Positions 28,469 to 37,223 of a stretch of 57,401 bases of DNA are shown here, one piece after another. Origin of the DNA: a virus (lineage: Duplodnaviria; Caudoviricetes); IMG/VR virus record IMGVR_UViG_3300035704_000010, positions 1-57,401 of that record. One strand, written 5' to 3'. The position numbers were made by a program, and so were the translations under genes. Position 1 is the stretch's first letter, and every line of letters starts with the position of its first letter. The notes under the pieces are model-generated. The model searched no databases. It was given only the letters and a program-made list of their open reading frames with translations, and was not told the origin of the DNA.

Positions 28469-29304
28469 GTCGCGACTGCCTCGAGTCCGTACTCGCGCGT
28501 CGACGCGGCCTTGCGTAGGTGCGAACCGACGACTTCCATCGGGCCTTCACCTGGCAGGTAGGCGACGCCATCGTCGTCGACGTGGGCGACTTGCGCTCCG
28601 GTGTGAACCCACAGCCGTTTGCCGGCGGCACGTGCACGCGCGCAAAATGCGAGGTCTTCGCCTGGCTCGCCGGATCCGTCGACGGTGAACGGGTTGTCGC
28701 CGAGCTCCTCGAGCAACGCGAGCCGGTGCATGACGAAATGAAATCCGAAGCTGTGAACCTCGACGACGTCGCCGTCTTCGCAGTCGCCGGGCTGGCCAGG
28801 TCGCGGCCACGTGCCGTCTTCGCGATAGCACTTCGGTCCGGCGAACGCCGATCGACCGCCGAACCAGCCGGCGAGGACGTCGACATTCGGCGCCAGCACG
28901 AGCGATTGAAGCATCCGCATCACCGTGCCGGGACGCCAGAAGGCGTCGTCGTCGACCCAGAGTGCGTACCATCCGAGCTCCGATGCGTACGGTGAGACCT
29001 TCGGAACTTTGAGCGCCGTCGCAGCAAGCTGGTTGCGCGCGTCGATAACGGTTTTACGCGGGATCGGGATCACGACCGATGGCAGCCCGTCGAGGTGACC
29101 GAGTGCTGTGAGCGTTTCGACTGTCGGCCGGCCGCGCGTCGGCAGCAGCACGATAATACCGGGGCCTTGGACTTCCGGCCGCCGCTGCATGTCGACGAGC
29201 TTGGGTGCGGACGCCGGCAGTTCCGGCGCGACGTAGCAGCACAGCTTGAACTTCTTGCCCGATCCACACGGGCACGGTTGATTGCGGCGGGCGCCTAAAC
29301 TCAT
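28465..29304 (-). CDS. GT2-like (GT-A) glycosyltransferase with N-terminal SEC-C motif
   Basis: RNQPCPCGSGKKFKLCC; IDARNQL, LWVDDD (DxD), GEDLAFCARA. Confidence 0.8.
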   Translation of the reverse strand: MSLGARRNQPCPCGSGKKFKLCCYVAPELPASAPKLVDMQRRPEVQGPGIIVLLPTRGRPTVETLTALGHLDGLPSVVIPIPRKTVIDARNQLAATALKVPKVSPYASELGWYALWVDDDAFWRPGTVMRMLQSLVLAPNVDVLAGWFGGRSAFAGPKCYREDGTWPRPGQPGDCEDGDVVEVHSFGFHFVMHRLALLEELGDNPFTVDGSGEPGEDLAFCARARAAGKRLWVHTGAQVAHVDDDGVAYLPGEGPMEVVGSHLRKAASTREYGLEAVAT

Positions 29305-29409
29305 TCCGTCGACTACGGAAGGCTGGGCGGAACGATCGACGGGATGACCTGGCACAGAAGGTGCAGGGCGTGCATCAAAACGTGAATCATGGGGTGCTCC
29401 TTTGCTGGG

Positions 29410-29880
29410 TTATGAAAGCGGGGCGTCTGGATCGTCGGACTCTTTGAGCGAGTCGACGAGATTTTGCAGGGTGACGTCGACCTTCGAAGGCGCGTCGAGG
29501 CCGAGCAGCTTTGCGCGCAACTCGATCGATTTGGCCGCCGCACCGAAGGCACCGGTCCCTGGGAAGAGGCGCGCGTCGAGCGATTTGCGTCGGAGATCCT
29601 CGACCATCGCCAGCTGGATGCCGATCTGCACGTCGCGGTCTTCAGCGATCGCCTCGGCGCGGCGGGCCGTTTCGGCCTTCAGGTCGGCAGCGATCGTCGC
29701 CGAGCTGTGCCCGGTCTCGACCGTGATTTCGTCGTACGTTTTGCCGTCGACGTAGAACATCGTAAAGACCATCAACTGCCGGCGTTGGCGCTCGATCAGG
29801 GCGGTTTTGCCCTTCTTCGGACCCTTACGTGTGGCGGCTTTACGTTGCTTCGTCGGGGTGCTTTTCTTGCGAGGTGCCAT
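29410..29880 (-). CDS. terS: Terminase small subunit (HTH type)
   Basis: GKTYDEI...SSATIAADL HTH and RAKLLGLDAPSKVDV; upstream of TerL. Confidence 0.7.
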   Translation of the reverse strand: MAPRKKSTPTKQRKAATRKGPKKGKTALIERQRRQLMVFTMFYVDGKTYDEITVETGHSSATIAADLKAETARRAEAIAEDRDVQIGIQLAMVEDLRRKSLDARLFPGTGAFGAAAKSIELRAKLLGLDAPSKVDVTLQNLVDSLKESDDPDAPLS

Positions 29881-29888
29881 CGAAGTGC

Positions 29889-30437
29889 CTACGCTGCGAG
29901 CCTCACGGGCATGCCGACGGCGGTGTAGACGACCGTGTTTCCGGCGCGGTTGGCGTCGAGCCAGTCGGCGAACTCGCGCCATTCCCGATTGAACATGCGC
30001 GTGCAGCCGTAGGTGCGGCAGAGTTTTTGATAATCGTCGTACGGATCCGGCGCGCTGCTTCCGCCGCAGTGGGCGAAGATGGCGCTGCGCCCGTAGCGTG
30101 CGAGTTGCCCGGTGCGCTCAGCGATGCCGCCGATGACGAGCAGATTGCCCGACCAGGTGGCTTTGCCGGCGCCGACGAGCGCGTTGGCGATGTCCTGGCT
30201 CATGTCGAGCACGGGAATCTGCCCGTAACCCTCCGAGGCGATCGGCGGATCAAAACGCTGCGTCGGGCCGAGAACGAAGTGACCTTCCGGCATCCAGCCG
30301 TCGTGCTGAAACGGCGCCTCGGGCGTGTATCCCCAGGCGTCGCCTTCGCCGCGGTAGGCGGTTACGAGAGCGCCGGCGGCGTCGTTGCACTTGATGATCT
30401 GCGACGGCCGATTGAAGACGACGTGTAAGATTTGCGG
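29889..30437 (-). CDS. L,D-transpeptidase (YkuD/Tlde1)-fold peptidoglycan enzyme, endolysin candidate; start codon unclear
   Basis: GRSAIFAHCGG...TYGCTRMFN catalytic His/Cys motif; frame open 48 codons upstream of ATG 30293 with no ATG/GTG/TTG. Confidence 0.65.
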   Translation of the reverse strand, partial: PQILHVVFNRPSQIIKCNDAAGALVTAYRGEGDAWGYTPEAPFQHDGWMPEGHFVLGPTQRFDPPIASEGYGQIPVLDMSQDIANALVGAGKATWSGNLLVIGGIAERTGQLARYGRSAIFAHCGGSSAPDPYDDYQKLCRTYGCTRMFNREWREFADWLDANRAGNTVVYTAVGMPVRLAA

Positions 30438-30647
30438 TCACTCCTGAAGGTGGCGGATGCCGTTGGCGAGTTGTGCGGAATCGGGACGCTCGGGAAGTTC
30501 CGGCCGGTCGCGGAAGCTCACGATCGCGAGTTGCCACCGGTCACCGATGCGCTGCCGAACGAGATAGCCGTCGGCGAACTTGTCATAGACGGCAAAGCCG
30601 GCGCGAACCGCGTCGCGCAGCGACCGAAAGACGAGCAGACCCGGCAT
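30438..30647 (-). CDS. Small hypothetical protein
   Basis: Strong AGGAGG RBS; MPGLLVFRSLRDAVRAGFAVYDK... Confidence 0.7.
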   Translation of the reverse strand: MPGLLVFRSLRDAVRAGFAVYDKFADGYLVRQRIGDRWQLAIVSFRDRPELPERPDSAQLANGIRHLQE

Positions 30648-30870
30648 TTGACCGACCTCCTAAGCGCGGATCGGGTGAAGTGCGGCGTTTGCCGCTCGGG
30701 CCATCTCGATAGGATCGCGGTGATCGTCGGCGACTGCGGAGACTCGAGGAACGCGGCCGGTAATGGCCGCTCGTTTCAGACTGCTCTCAATACTGTCCCG
30801 AATAATCGCGCCGCAGATGTCGCGGCCGATCTTCGCTCGGTTCCGTCGTTTTACGGCGTTCGCTCCAACG

Positions 30871-30897
30871 AAAAACGCCCCGCCGAAGGCGAAGCGC
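30871..30897 (-). terminator. tR'-like intrinsic terminator
   Basis: CGCTTCGCC-TTCG-GCGGGGCG followed by TTTTT. Confidence 0.7.
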
Positions 30898-30952
30898 TTG
30901 ATTCTGTGTCACAAAATGCAGAGGCCAGCTAGAAGCCGGCCTTGCGAAACGA

Positions 30953-30981
30953 GATATACCACGACGAGGGATTCTTGGCAA
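30953..30981 (-). promoter_or_regulatory. Putative late promoter (pR'-like)
   Basis: TTGCCA-17 bp-TATATC with TG extension, ~55 nt upstream of a terminator. Confidence 0.55.
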
Positions 30982-31248
30982 GCATTCGTCGCGTTGGCGG
31001 TTGCTCGTGGCGCCCAGCCCACGGCTGCCGTCGGCGCAGGGCCGCGCCTCCGAAAAGGTAGAGCTTCGCCCTTCCGTTGGTTTCCCGCCGAACGGTTTCG
31101 CGTCGCTGCGCGCACGTCGTTCTCGCGTCTCTTTCAGCCGTTTTGCGTCGGCGTGCGCGAGGTTCGGCGGCTCGATCGGGTCCCGGTAGCAGAGGCCCTA
31201 CTTCGCGTAGCGTGTTCGGCCGGGACGGGAGATCGAGACTTCGGGGGA

Positions 31249-31971
31249 CTATGCCGCCGGCTGGCTCGCCGCGCTCTTACGAGCTCGGAAATCGGCCAGC
31301 ACGTCGCGGAAAGGTCGGGCAGTCTCTAGCGCGATCGCTACGACTTCGAGAGCGTCTGAGGTCGAAAGTTTTTCCGCCGCGAGAGTGGCGCTCGTCTTTG
31401 CGGATTTGCGGCCGGTGACGTGGATCGGGCGGTTCACCGTCGCGCGCCGGCCGGGGCCAGCCGATCGCACGGGGCGATGCTCGCAGAATTCGAGGTGACA
31501 CTCGCGGCAGATCCAGGTTCCGGCTTTGCCGGTGCGTCGCCGTCCGGACTTCGAGCCGCTGTGCTTCGCCGGCTTCTTACCGACGTCCATGAGCTGCTCG
31601 GTCTCGCGGGTGCGCCGCTCTTCGGCTGACATGCGCGGCCGCTTGCCCTTGGGCACGGCCGCCTCTTTGGCGACGAACTCCTCGGCTTGACTTCGGGTCC
31701 ATCCCGGTCGGCTGCGCATCAAGGCGCCGACGCGCTTTTCCCGATCGGCGGTTTCGTTGGCCGCGATCAGCTCGCGGTCGGCGACGTCCTTGCGCTGGAT
31801 CCCGCCGGCGAAATGGGCGACCGGGTCGCCCCCGCGAGCCTTCGCCGCGGCGGCGTGCGAAAGCCCAATAGCCGCTGACGAGTCGTCAAAGTACGACTCC
31901 CGATTCTTTGTCAGCCCGTCGCTCAAAGCGTTCTCCGACGAGATATTCGAGGCTACTAACCGCCGGGACAT
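31249..31971 (-). CDS. Basic hypothetical protein in the late-regulator position
   Basis: 240 aa with CRECHLEFCEH; last early gene before the late promoter. Confidence 0.6.
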   Translation of the reverse strand: MSRRLVASNISSENALSDGLTKNRESYFDDSSAAIGLSHAAAAKARGGDPVAHFAGGIQRKDVADRELIAANETADREKRVGALMRSRPGWTRSQAEEFVAKEAAVPKGKRPRMSAEERRTRETEQLMDVGKKPAKHSGSKSGRRRTGKAGTWICRECHLEFCEHRPVRSAGPGRRATVNRPIHVTGRKSAKTSATLAAEKLSTSDALEVVAIALETARPFRDVLADFRARKSAASQPAA

Positions 31972-32061
31972 TTAGGGGGCGGCCGTATCGGCGGGAGACT
32001 CTTGGCGACGGCCGGGTCCGGTTCCTTGCGCGCAGTTGGGCGTGAACGTTGGCTCGTAAAT

Positions 32062-32095
32062 AGAAAACGCCCGCGGGCGCATCCCCCGCGAGCGT
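32062..32095 (-). terminator. Putative intrinsic terminator
   Basis: ACGCTCGCGGG...CCCGCGGGCGT followed by TTTCT. Confidence 0.65.
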
Positions 32096-32099
32096 CGGT

Positions 32100-32295
32100 C
32101 CCAATGCCGTCTAAACGTTCCTTGTTCTACCGCGGGCCGCTTGCGAGGCGGTCCTTTTGAACTACGCGCTTCGTCGGGTGACCGGCGCCGGGCACTTGCC
32201 CAACTCCTCGCGCGGCGGGACTCGAACCCGCAACCTCTTGCCCGCGTTGCCGCGGAAATCTTTGACTGACCCTTCGTCGTGCGCCGGCCGATGCC
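32100..32295 (-). ncRNA. Candidate structured RNA containing a tRNA-like T-arm
   Basis: GCGGG-TTCGAGT-CCCGC, CCGCG-GCAA-CGCGG and GGGC-AAGT-GCCC hairpins in an intergenic gap. Confidence 0.35.
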
Positions 32296-32308
32296 CCATC
32301 CACCGAGC

Positions 32309-32704
32309 TCAGCGCTGCCGCTCCTCGCGAAGCGGACGCTCGGGTTGGTAGTCGGTACAGAAAATGCCCGTGTCCTCGATCGCCGGATAACGCGACCCGG
32401 GCACGTCAGGGTACCGCGCATCGTACGAGCAGTTTTGGCAGCCGCCCTCGCTGGCAAAGCTCGAGCACATAAACGGGCGCTTCTCATAGGTCGTGCAGCT
32501 CCGATTCACTCGATCGAAGGCTTCGCACTCATACGTCCCCCACTCCCAAGTCGCAGGCCAAACGAGACGAATCAGTTTCTCGGCTTCGTCGGGATCGAAG
32601 TTGTACTGCTTTGGCGTTGTGGTGACGAGCGACTCGATGACATGCTCGAGGCGAGGTTGAAGATGAATGACGCGGCAGCAGTCGCCCGGGCAGGTTTTGA
32701 TCAC
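32309..32704 (-). CDS. YkgJ-like Cys-cluster protein
   Basis: CPGDCC...C..FD.....CTTYEKRPFMC. Confidence 0.65.
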   Translation of the reverse strand: MIKTCPGDCCRVIHLQPRLEHVIESLVTTTPKQYNFDPDEAEKLIRLVWPATWEWGTYECEAFDRVNRSCTTYEKRPFMCSSFASEGGCQNCSYDARYPDVPGSRYPAIEDTGIFCTDYQPERPLREERQR

Positions 32705-32708
32705 GCGG

Positions 32709-32927
32709 CTACCGATCGACCCAGCGGATGCACTCGGGCCGGTTCGTCAGCTCGCGCCCGACGAAATGCTCGTACGGCAGGCTGTAGGCGACGCACCGAT
32801 GCGTCAGGTCGAAAGCGATCGTTCCGAATAGCCCGCACAATGCGATGATGGTGAGAATGACCAGCGGGATGAAGACCACCAGCAGAATCGGATCGGAGCG
32901 AACGCCTTCGCGTAACTCTCTCAGCAC
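32709..32927 (-). CDS. Small membrane protein
   Basis: One long hydrophobic segment. Confidence 0.55.
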   Translation of the reverse strand: MLRELREGVRSDPILLVVFIPLVILTIIALCGLFGTIAFDLTHRCVAYSLPYEHFVGRELTNRPECIRWVDR

Positions 32928-33397
32928 GAATCGCCGACTTCGCCGTCGTAGTAAACCATCACGTCAACGCTTTGACCGAGTAGTTTGGCTACATTACCCG
33001 GTACGAGCCGATCGATCTCCGCTTCAAGTCGTCGGCTCGCTTCGCCGAGCTTGTCGTACTTCTCGCCTAAAGCGACGACCTCGAAACTTACCTGCTCGTA
33101 ATGAACGTCCGCGAGCTCCGAATCGGTCATTCCGCAGTCGCGGCAGCGCGCCATCGTAACATCGTGATTACGATGCCGGCAAACAACGACCGGCTTCCCG
33201 CGCCAATGGCGAAATCCCAACCACGGGTTGCCGTATATCCCTTCGCTTCGCTCAAGGTACGAGCGATGCTCGCCCCAATATCGCTGCAGCTGCTGGTGCG
33301 TTGCGCGCTGCACGGGAATAGCTCGTCGGAATCCATTCGGCTCGCGAACGGCGATCATTCGGCATAGGCGGCCGACCTTGCGGCGAAGTCCCTTCAT
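32921..33397 (-). CDS. Hypothetical protein
   Basis: 158-aa ORF in the coupled early operon. Confidence 0.55.
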   Translation of the reverse strand: MKGLRRKVGRLCRMIAVREPNGFRRAIPVQRATHQQLQRYWGEHRSYLERSEGIYGNPWLGFRHWRGKPVVVCRHRNHDVTMARCRDCGMTDSELADVHYEQVSFEVVALGEKYDKLGEASRRLEAEIDRLVPGNVAKLLGQSVDVMVYYDGEVGDSC

Positions 33398-33539
33398 CCT
33401 GACGCCGCCTTTGCGATTCGATCAGCCCATTTCAAGTAACCACCGTCGCCTAAGAGTCCGTGCTCGCCGCACGTGCACGGCATCTTCTTTAACACTCGAA
33501 TGACCGGCATAAGGCTGCGCCGCCGACGATGGAGCTTAA

Positions 33540-33950
33540 TCATGCTTCGCGCGTATTTGCGGGCGGCCTTAAGCGAGGCGAAACAGCCGTTCTCATCGCG
33601 ATGCCGGGATTCGACTCTGAAGAACTCCTCGTGTCAGTTAGTTCATCCGTTACCGCGCTCTCTGCTGCTGCGGGGGTTGATAGGCGCTCAACTTCTTTAC
33701 GCAAGTCGCGGAGTTCTTGCGCTTCAGCCGCCATCCTCGAAACGGGGGGACTTACTCGGGCCTGCATTTCCAGTGCCCAATCGAGCGAAACGCGGTCTAA
33801 CGCATCTCGCACCGTGTCATTCTCAGTGGATAGGCGCTCTAGGGCATCGGCGATAGCAGCCTTCTCTGAGTTGCGTAACACTTTGAGCGGGTCGCGCAGG
33901 TCCGCGACTATCTCGGATACCGGCCTGCCTACTTTGGCGTCGTTACTCAT
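33540..33950 (-). CDS. Hypothetical protein
   Basis: ATGA-coupled; coiled-coil-like. Confidence 0.55.
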   Translation of the reverse strand: MSNDAKVGRPVSEIVADLRDPLKVLRNSEKAAIADALERLSTENDTVRDALDRVSLDWALEMQARVSPPVSRMAAEAQELRDLRKEVERLSTPAAAESAVTDELTDTRSSSESNPGIAMRTAVSPRLRPPANTREA

Positions 33951-34183
33951 TTTATAGTTCTTTCAGTGAGGCGCTCTGCGGCCAAGCGCAGCGTGGGCCC
34001 GATGCCCCTGTCAGGGCATTCGCTGTTGTCGATTCGGATTAGGTCAGCGGCCAGTTCCGCATTAGAAACTCTTGGAATCGGAGGCTTGGGACACGGACCG
34101 CTATAACCGTGATACACAAACATTTCTTCGCCCGGCGGCATAGGCTCACCGCAGATTTGGCAGGCTTTGGCGTCGTCGCTCAT
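33947..34183 (-). CDS. Hypothetical protein with CxxC
   Basis: ATGA-coupled; CQICGEPMPPGEEMF.YHG.SGPCP. Confidence 0.6.
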   Translation of the reverse strand: MSDDAKACQICGEPMPPGEEMFVYHGYSGPCPKPPIPRVSNAELAADLIRIDNSECPDRGIGPTLRLAAERLTERTIK

Positions 34184-34557
34184 GGCTGTTCTCTCCCTCT
34201 TTGCGTTTCTGTGACGGTCGCAATATCGGGCGATTCTCCGGGGCGCATGGAGTCGATGAGGCGCTCCAGGTCATCAGCCGTTTTGTAAATCTTGGGATGC
34301 TGTTTAACCTTAGCTTTGGCGTACTCTAAGGCTTTCGCATGCGTGAGTGTTATGAAATATCGTTCACCCGTGCCGGGCTGATAGTCCGGCAAGTATTGGT
34401 CGCGTTGCCAATCAACGTGCGACATTACCTTGCCGGTCCTTGAAAGCACCGTGAAAGGCGTGACGCCATCGCGACTATTCCAAATCCACTCTTGGTCGGC
34501 TCCATCGTCGCTGCGGTAAAGCATACGCATAAAGGCTTCACCATGTTGGTGTTTCAT
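34180..34557 (-). CDS. Hypothetical phage protein
   Basis: ATG 34557 (ATGA); HGEAF..M.Y...WIWNSRDGVTPF. Confidence 0.65.
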   Translation of the reverse strand: MKHQHGEAFMRMLYRSDDGADQEWIWNSRDGVTPFTVLSRTGKVMSHVDWQRDQYLPDYQPGTGERYFITLTHAKALEYAKAKVKQHPKIYKTADDLERLIDSMRPGESPDIATVTETQRGREQP

Positions 34558-34881
34558 TTCGTTTCTGCTTTCGGTGACGGCGTAGCTCCGTCTAGCGGGC
34601 GATCGGAGAGCGGCGGCAATCCCATCGCGGCGCATTTGCGGCGCAGTAGTTCGCCAGCTTCGCGAAGGTCGACCTCGACAGCCCCGTGTCGAACCGCCAA
34701 CGCTCGCTTCGCCTTACAAATGTCGAAGTGTTCGTAATATGTTCCGGCTCGTTGAATCCACTTACGCTTGACTCCGATACGGTCCGCCATCGCGAGCAAC
34801 TCCTCCGTCGTGGTCGGCGTTTATATGGCACATAATCATGCGGCCAAACCTCGCCTTCATCGAATCGACGTAGGCGCTCAC
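34554..34881 (-). pseudogene. DUF4031-family gene with a +1 frameshift
   Basis: MSAYVDSMKARFGRMIMCHINAD then TTEELLAMADRIGVKRKW...HFDI in another frame; one extra base at ~34812. Confidence 0.7.
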
Positions 34882-35207
34882 TTACCATCGCCATCGCCGT
34901 CGGCGGTTTCGGCGGTCTCGCCTTCTGCGGCCGGCGGCGATTCCGGCTGCCGTAACCCGGGCGCTCCCTCGCCGAAAATGACGTGCCGCATGGCTTCGCC
35001 GACGTTGGCCGTGACGTCGGACGGCCCGAACGGCTCAGCTTGCGTCCACACCCGCACGGCGCGCTCTTTGATTGCGCTCAGTTCCTCGATCTTCGTCGCC
35101 GAAGTCTCGATCAGGTTTTTGATCCGATCGAAATACGCTTCGCCAAGCTGTGAGTAGACCTGGCGAAGCTCTTCCGCGATTTGACGGTTTTGACTAGATT
35201 CGTTCAT
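34878..35207 (-). CDS. Hypothetical protein
   Basis: 109 aa in the coupled operon. Confidence 0.55.
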   Translation of the reverse strand: MNESSQNRQIAEELRQVYSQLGEAYFDRIKNLIETSATKIEELSAIKERAVRVWTQAEPFGPSDVTANVGEAMRHVIFGEGAPGLRQPESPPAAEGETAETADGDGDGK

Positions 35208-35464
35208 CTATCCCCTTTCGGTTGTGGTGTGGGCGTTGGCGGCGGCGTCGGAACGTATAGATCCGAAGGCTTGCGTGGGCAGCCGGTATGTTTCGGGTTG
35301 TGGTAGCAGTAGTTAGGCCGCGTGTACCAGCATAGCGCGGCCGTCGTGCAGTGCTGGGGCGGGACGACGCACTTCTGCCCGAGGATACTGGCGACTTCGT
35401 CGCACGGGATCGGCGTCGCCGGCGCCAGGATGGCGGCCAACACGATCGCGATGACTTTAACCAT
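35204..35464 (-). CDS. Small secreted Cys-rich protein
   Basis: Signal peptide-like leader, six Cys, PT tail. Confidence 0.55.
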   Translation of the reverse strand: MVKVIAIVLAAILAPATPIPCDEVASILGQKCVVPPQHCTTAALCWYTRPNYCYHNPKHTGCPRKPSDLYVPTPPPTPTPQPKGDR

Positions 35465-35693
35465 CGTCCTCGCTCCCTTCGTCGCTTTCTTCTACGTCAG
35501 CCAGGACGGTATGATCGAAAATAGAATACACGTCGCCGCAACATTCTGCGCTCCACGAGTTGCCATCGGCATCAAAGTCGGCTTCCCATTCTAGTGAATG
35601 CCCGTTTTTGCACGTACCCCGATTCAGGGCAGCACTAAGGTCGTAAATCGCACCCTTAGTGATAACAAAGGGCTCTTGATTTGTCTCGGCCAC
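35457..35693 (-). CDS. Small acidic Cys-containing protein
   Basis: Probable GTG start at 35693 (MAETNQEPF...). Confidence 0.45.
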   Translation of the reverse strand: MAETNQEPFVITKGAIYDLSAALNRGTCKNGHSLEWEADFDADGNSWSAECCGDVYSIFDHTVLADVEESDEGSEDDG

Positions 35694-35694
35694 T

Positions 35695-35895
35695 TCAGTT
35701 ATTGCCTTTCGTCGGATCGGGAAGCTGCTGTTTATCGGCCGGCATGTGAAAGGCGCGCCAAGTCCATAGGGCGCCCATCGCAACATAGACTAATCCGAAA
35801 ACAGCCAGCTTTTCTCCGGCGCCCATAATCGCTAGACCGAGATAGAAGCCACCGAATAGACACCATCCCATTGCACCGAAGACGAAGAATCTCAA
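35695..35895 (-). CDS. Small two-TM membrane protein
   Basis: Two hydrophobic segments; start overlaps the RusA stop. Confidence 0.55.
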   Translation of the reverse strand: MRFFVFGAMGWCLFGGFYLGLAIMGAGEKLAVFGLVYVAMGALWTWRAFHMPADKQQLPDPTKGNN

Positions 35896-36428
35896 AGCAG
35901 CGCTCCTTGACTGACGCCGGCGGCGTCACGGATGAAGATCTCCACGCGGGGGGTCCGATCGATCGCGAACCTCTTGTCGACGATCATCCGCACGATGCGC
36001 GCGTCGTCGGCGATCGATCCCGACTTCGTGAGACAGTCGAAGACGGCGCGGGTGAGCTTGTCGATATCGGGCTTCCGATTCGGGCGCGTTACGCGCCGCG
36101 GCGTCGACGGCGGCTTCGGCAGAAAGAAGGCGAGCTCGACGATCAGCGCTTCCTCATCGCGCACAACGCGGCGGTTTACGGCCTGGTATGCTACGGCCGC
36201 CGCTGTCACCGAGCGGCACCAGCGCTCGTAACGCTGCCGACCGTCCGACCTCGTCCCGTCCTTGCGCTTACGGTTTAGCCCGGGAACGAGAACGGCGCGG
36301 CCGCCGCGCACGATCGCCGTCAGCGAGCCCTTAGGTTCAGGAATGCCTTCGACGGCGAACGCAGCGAGCAGCGGCGCCCGCGACTCCGGCGAGCCCATGT
36401 CGCTCGCCACGAATGCGTCGCAGGTCAT
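35892..36428 (-). CDS. rusA: RusA-family Holliday junction resolvase
   Basis: G.PEPKGS; KPDIDKLTRAVFDCL...DDARIV...KRF. Confidence 0.9.
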   Translation of the reverse strand: MTCDAFVASDMGSPESRAPLLAAFAVEGIPEPKGSLTAIVRGGRAVLVPGLNRKRKDGTRSDGRQRYERWCRSVTAAAVAYQAVNRRVVRDEEALIVELAFFLPKPPSTPRRVTRPNRKPDIDKLTRAVFDCLTKSGSIADDARIVRMIVDKRFAIDRTPRVEIFIRDAAGVSQGALL

Positions 36429-36820
36429 AGGGCGTGGTGCTCGCAGCATGGATCTCCGGTATTATGCACGACGCGGACCGCGCGGTCGTCCCACAGCGCG
36501 ACCATGCCATAATCCTTGCGTGCGGTAACCGGTAGCGCGGTGCCGACATGCTCGACGCACCAGGCTTGAATCGCCAGCGTGATCGCCTCGACGTCGCGGT
36601 GCTCGGCGCCCAACGGCTCGCCCATTGCCAGCGCGACGTCGCCGCCGTCGACGCGCGCCGTAAATACTTTCACGAGTTGGCCTTCGGCTATCCACGCGCG
36701 CACGCGCTCGACCATCCGAGGAATCGGCGCGCCGATCCGCAGCGTTTCGTATGGACCCTTTTCGGGCCAGTAGTGCTCGGCGAGCGTACCGTCGAGGTCG
36801 ACGCCAATCCAGCTCTGCAC
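36425..36820 (-). CDS. HAD-superfamily phosphatase (phage PNK-phosphatase-like)
   Basis: IGVDLDGTLA, FTAR, K....LWDDRA. Confidence 0.8.
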   Translation of the reverse strand: MQSWIGVDLDGTLAEHYWPEKGPYETLRIGAPIPRMVERVRAWIAEGQLVKVFTARVDGGDVALAMGEPLGAEHRDVEAITLAIQAWCVEHVGTALPVTARKDYGMVALWDDRAVRVVHNTGDPCCEHHAL

Positions 36821-36821
36821 G

Positions 36822-37223
36822 CTATCGCGGCCTCGGTCCCGGCATCGTCAGCTGCACGCCACGGCCCGGGTCGCCCTGGATCAGCGCCTGCATGATGACG
36901 ATCACCTTCGTCGGCGCGAAGTGCAGCGTCGCAGAGGTTCCCGCGTAGATCTGAATCGGCGATCCCTGCGACTTCGACACCCAGACGTTAAGCGGCGAAT
37001 ACACGAGCTCGTTGTCGATCGTGACGCTCGAATACTCGATGTCGGAGCGCTCTTTGATCGGCGGGGTGAACTTCGGCGACCCTTGGTAGAGCCGGCTCTC
37101 GGGAACGAAGCGCACGTCGCCAGCAGCGTACTGAAGCGAGGACGGATTCAGATGCGCCGTCGCCGGCACCGCGGCGCTCGCCGAGCTGCACGCCGCGAGC
37201 AGTAATAACAGCAGCGCTCTCAT
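36822..37223 (-). CDS. Putative lipoprotein
   Basis: [12 protein letters not shown] lipobox; ATGA-coupled. Confidence 0.6.
   Translation of the reverse strand: MRALLLLLLAACSSASAAVPATAHLNPSSLQYAAGDVRFVPESRLYQGSPKFTPPIKERSDIEYSSVTIDNELVYSPLNVWVSKSQGSPIQIYAGTSATLHFAPTKVIVIMQALIQGDPGRGVQLTMPGPRPR

Noticed and set aside
32200-32290. Second complete tRNA gene
   Set aside because: Only the T-arm is present; there is no D-arm or pairing acceptor stem.
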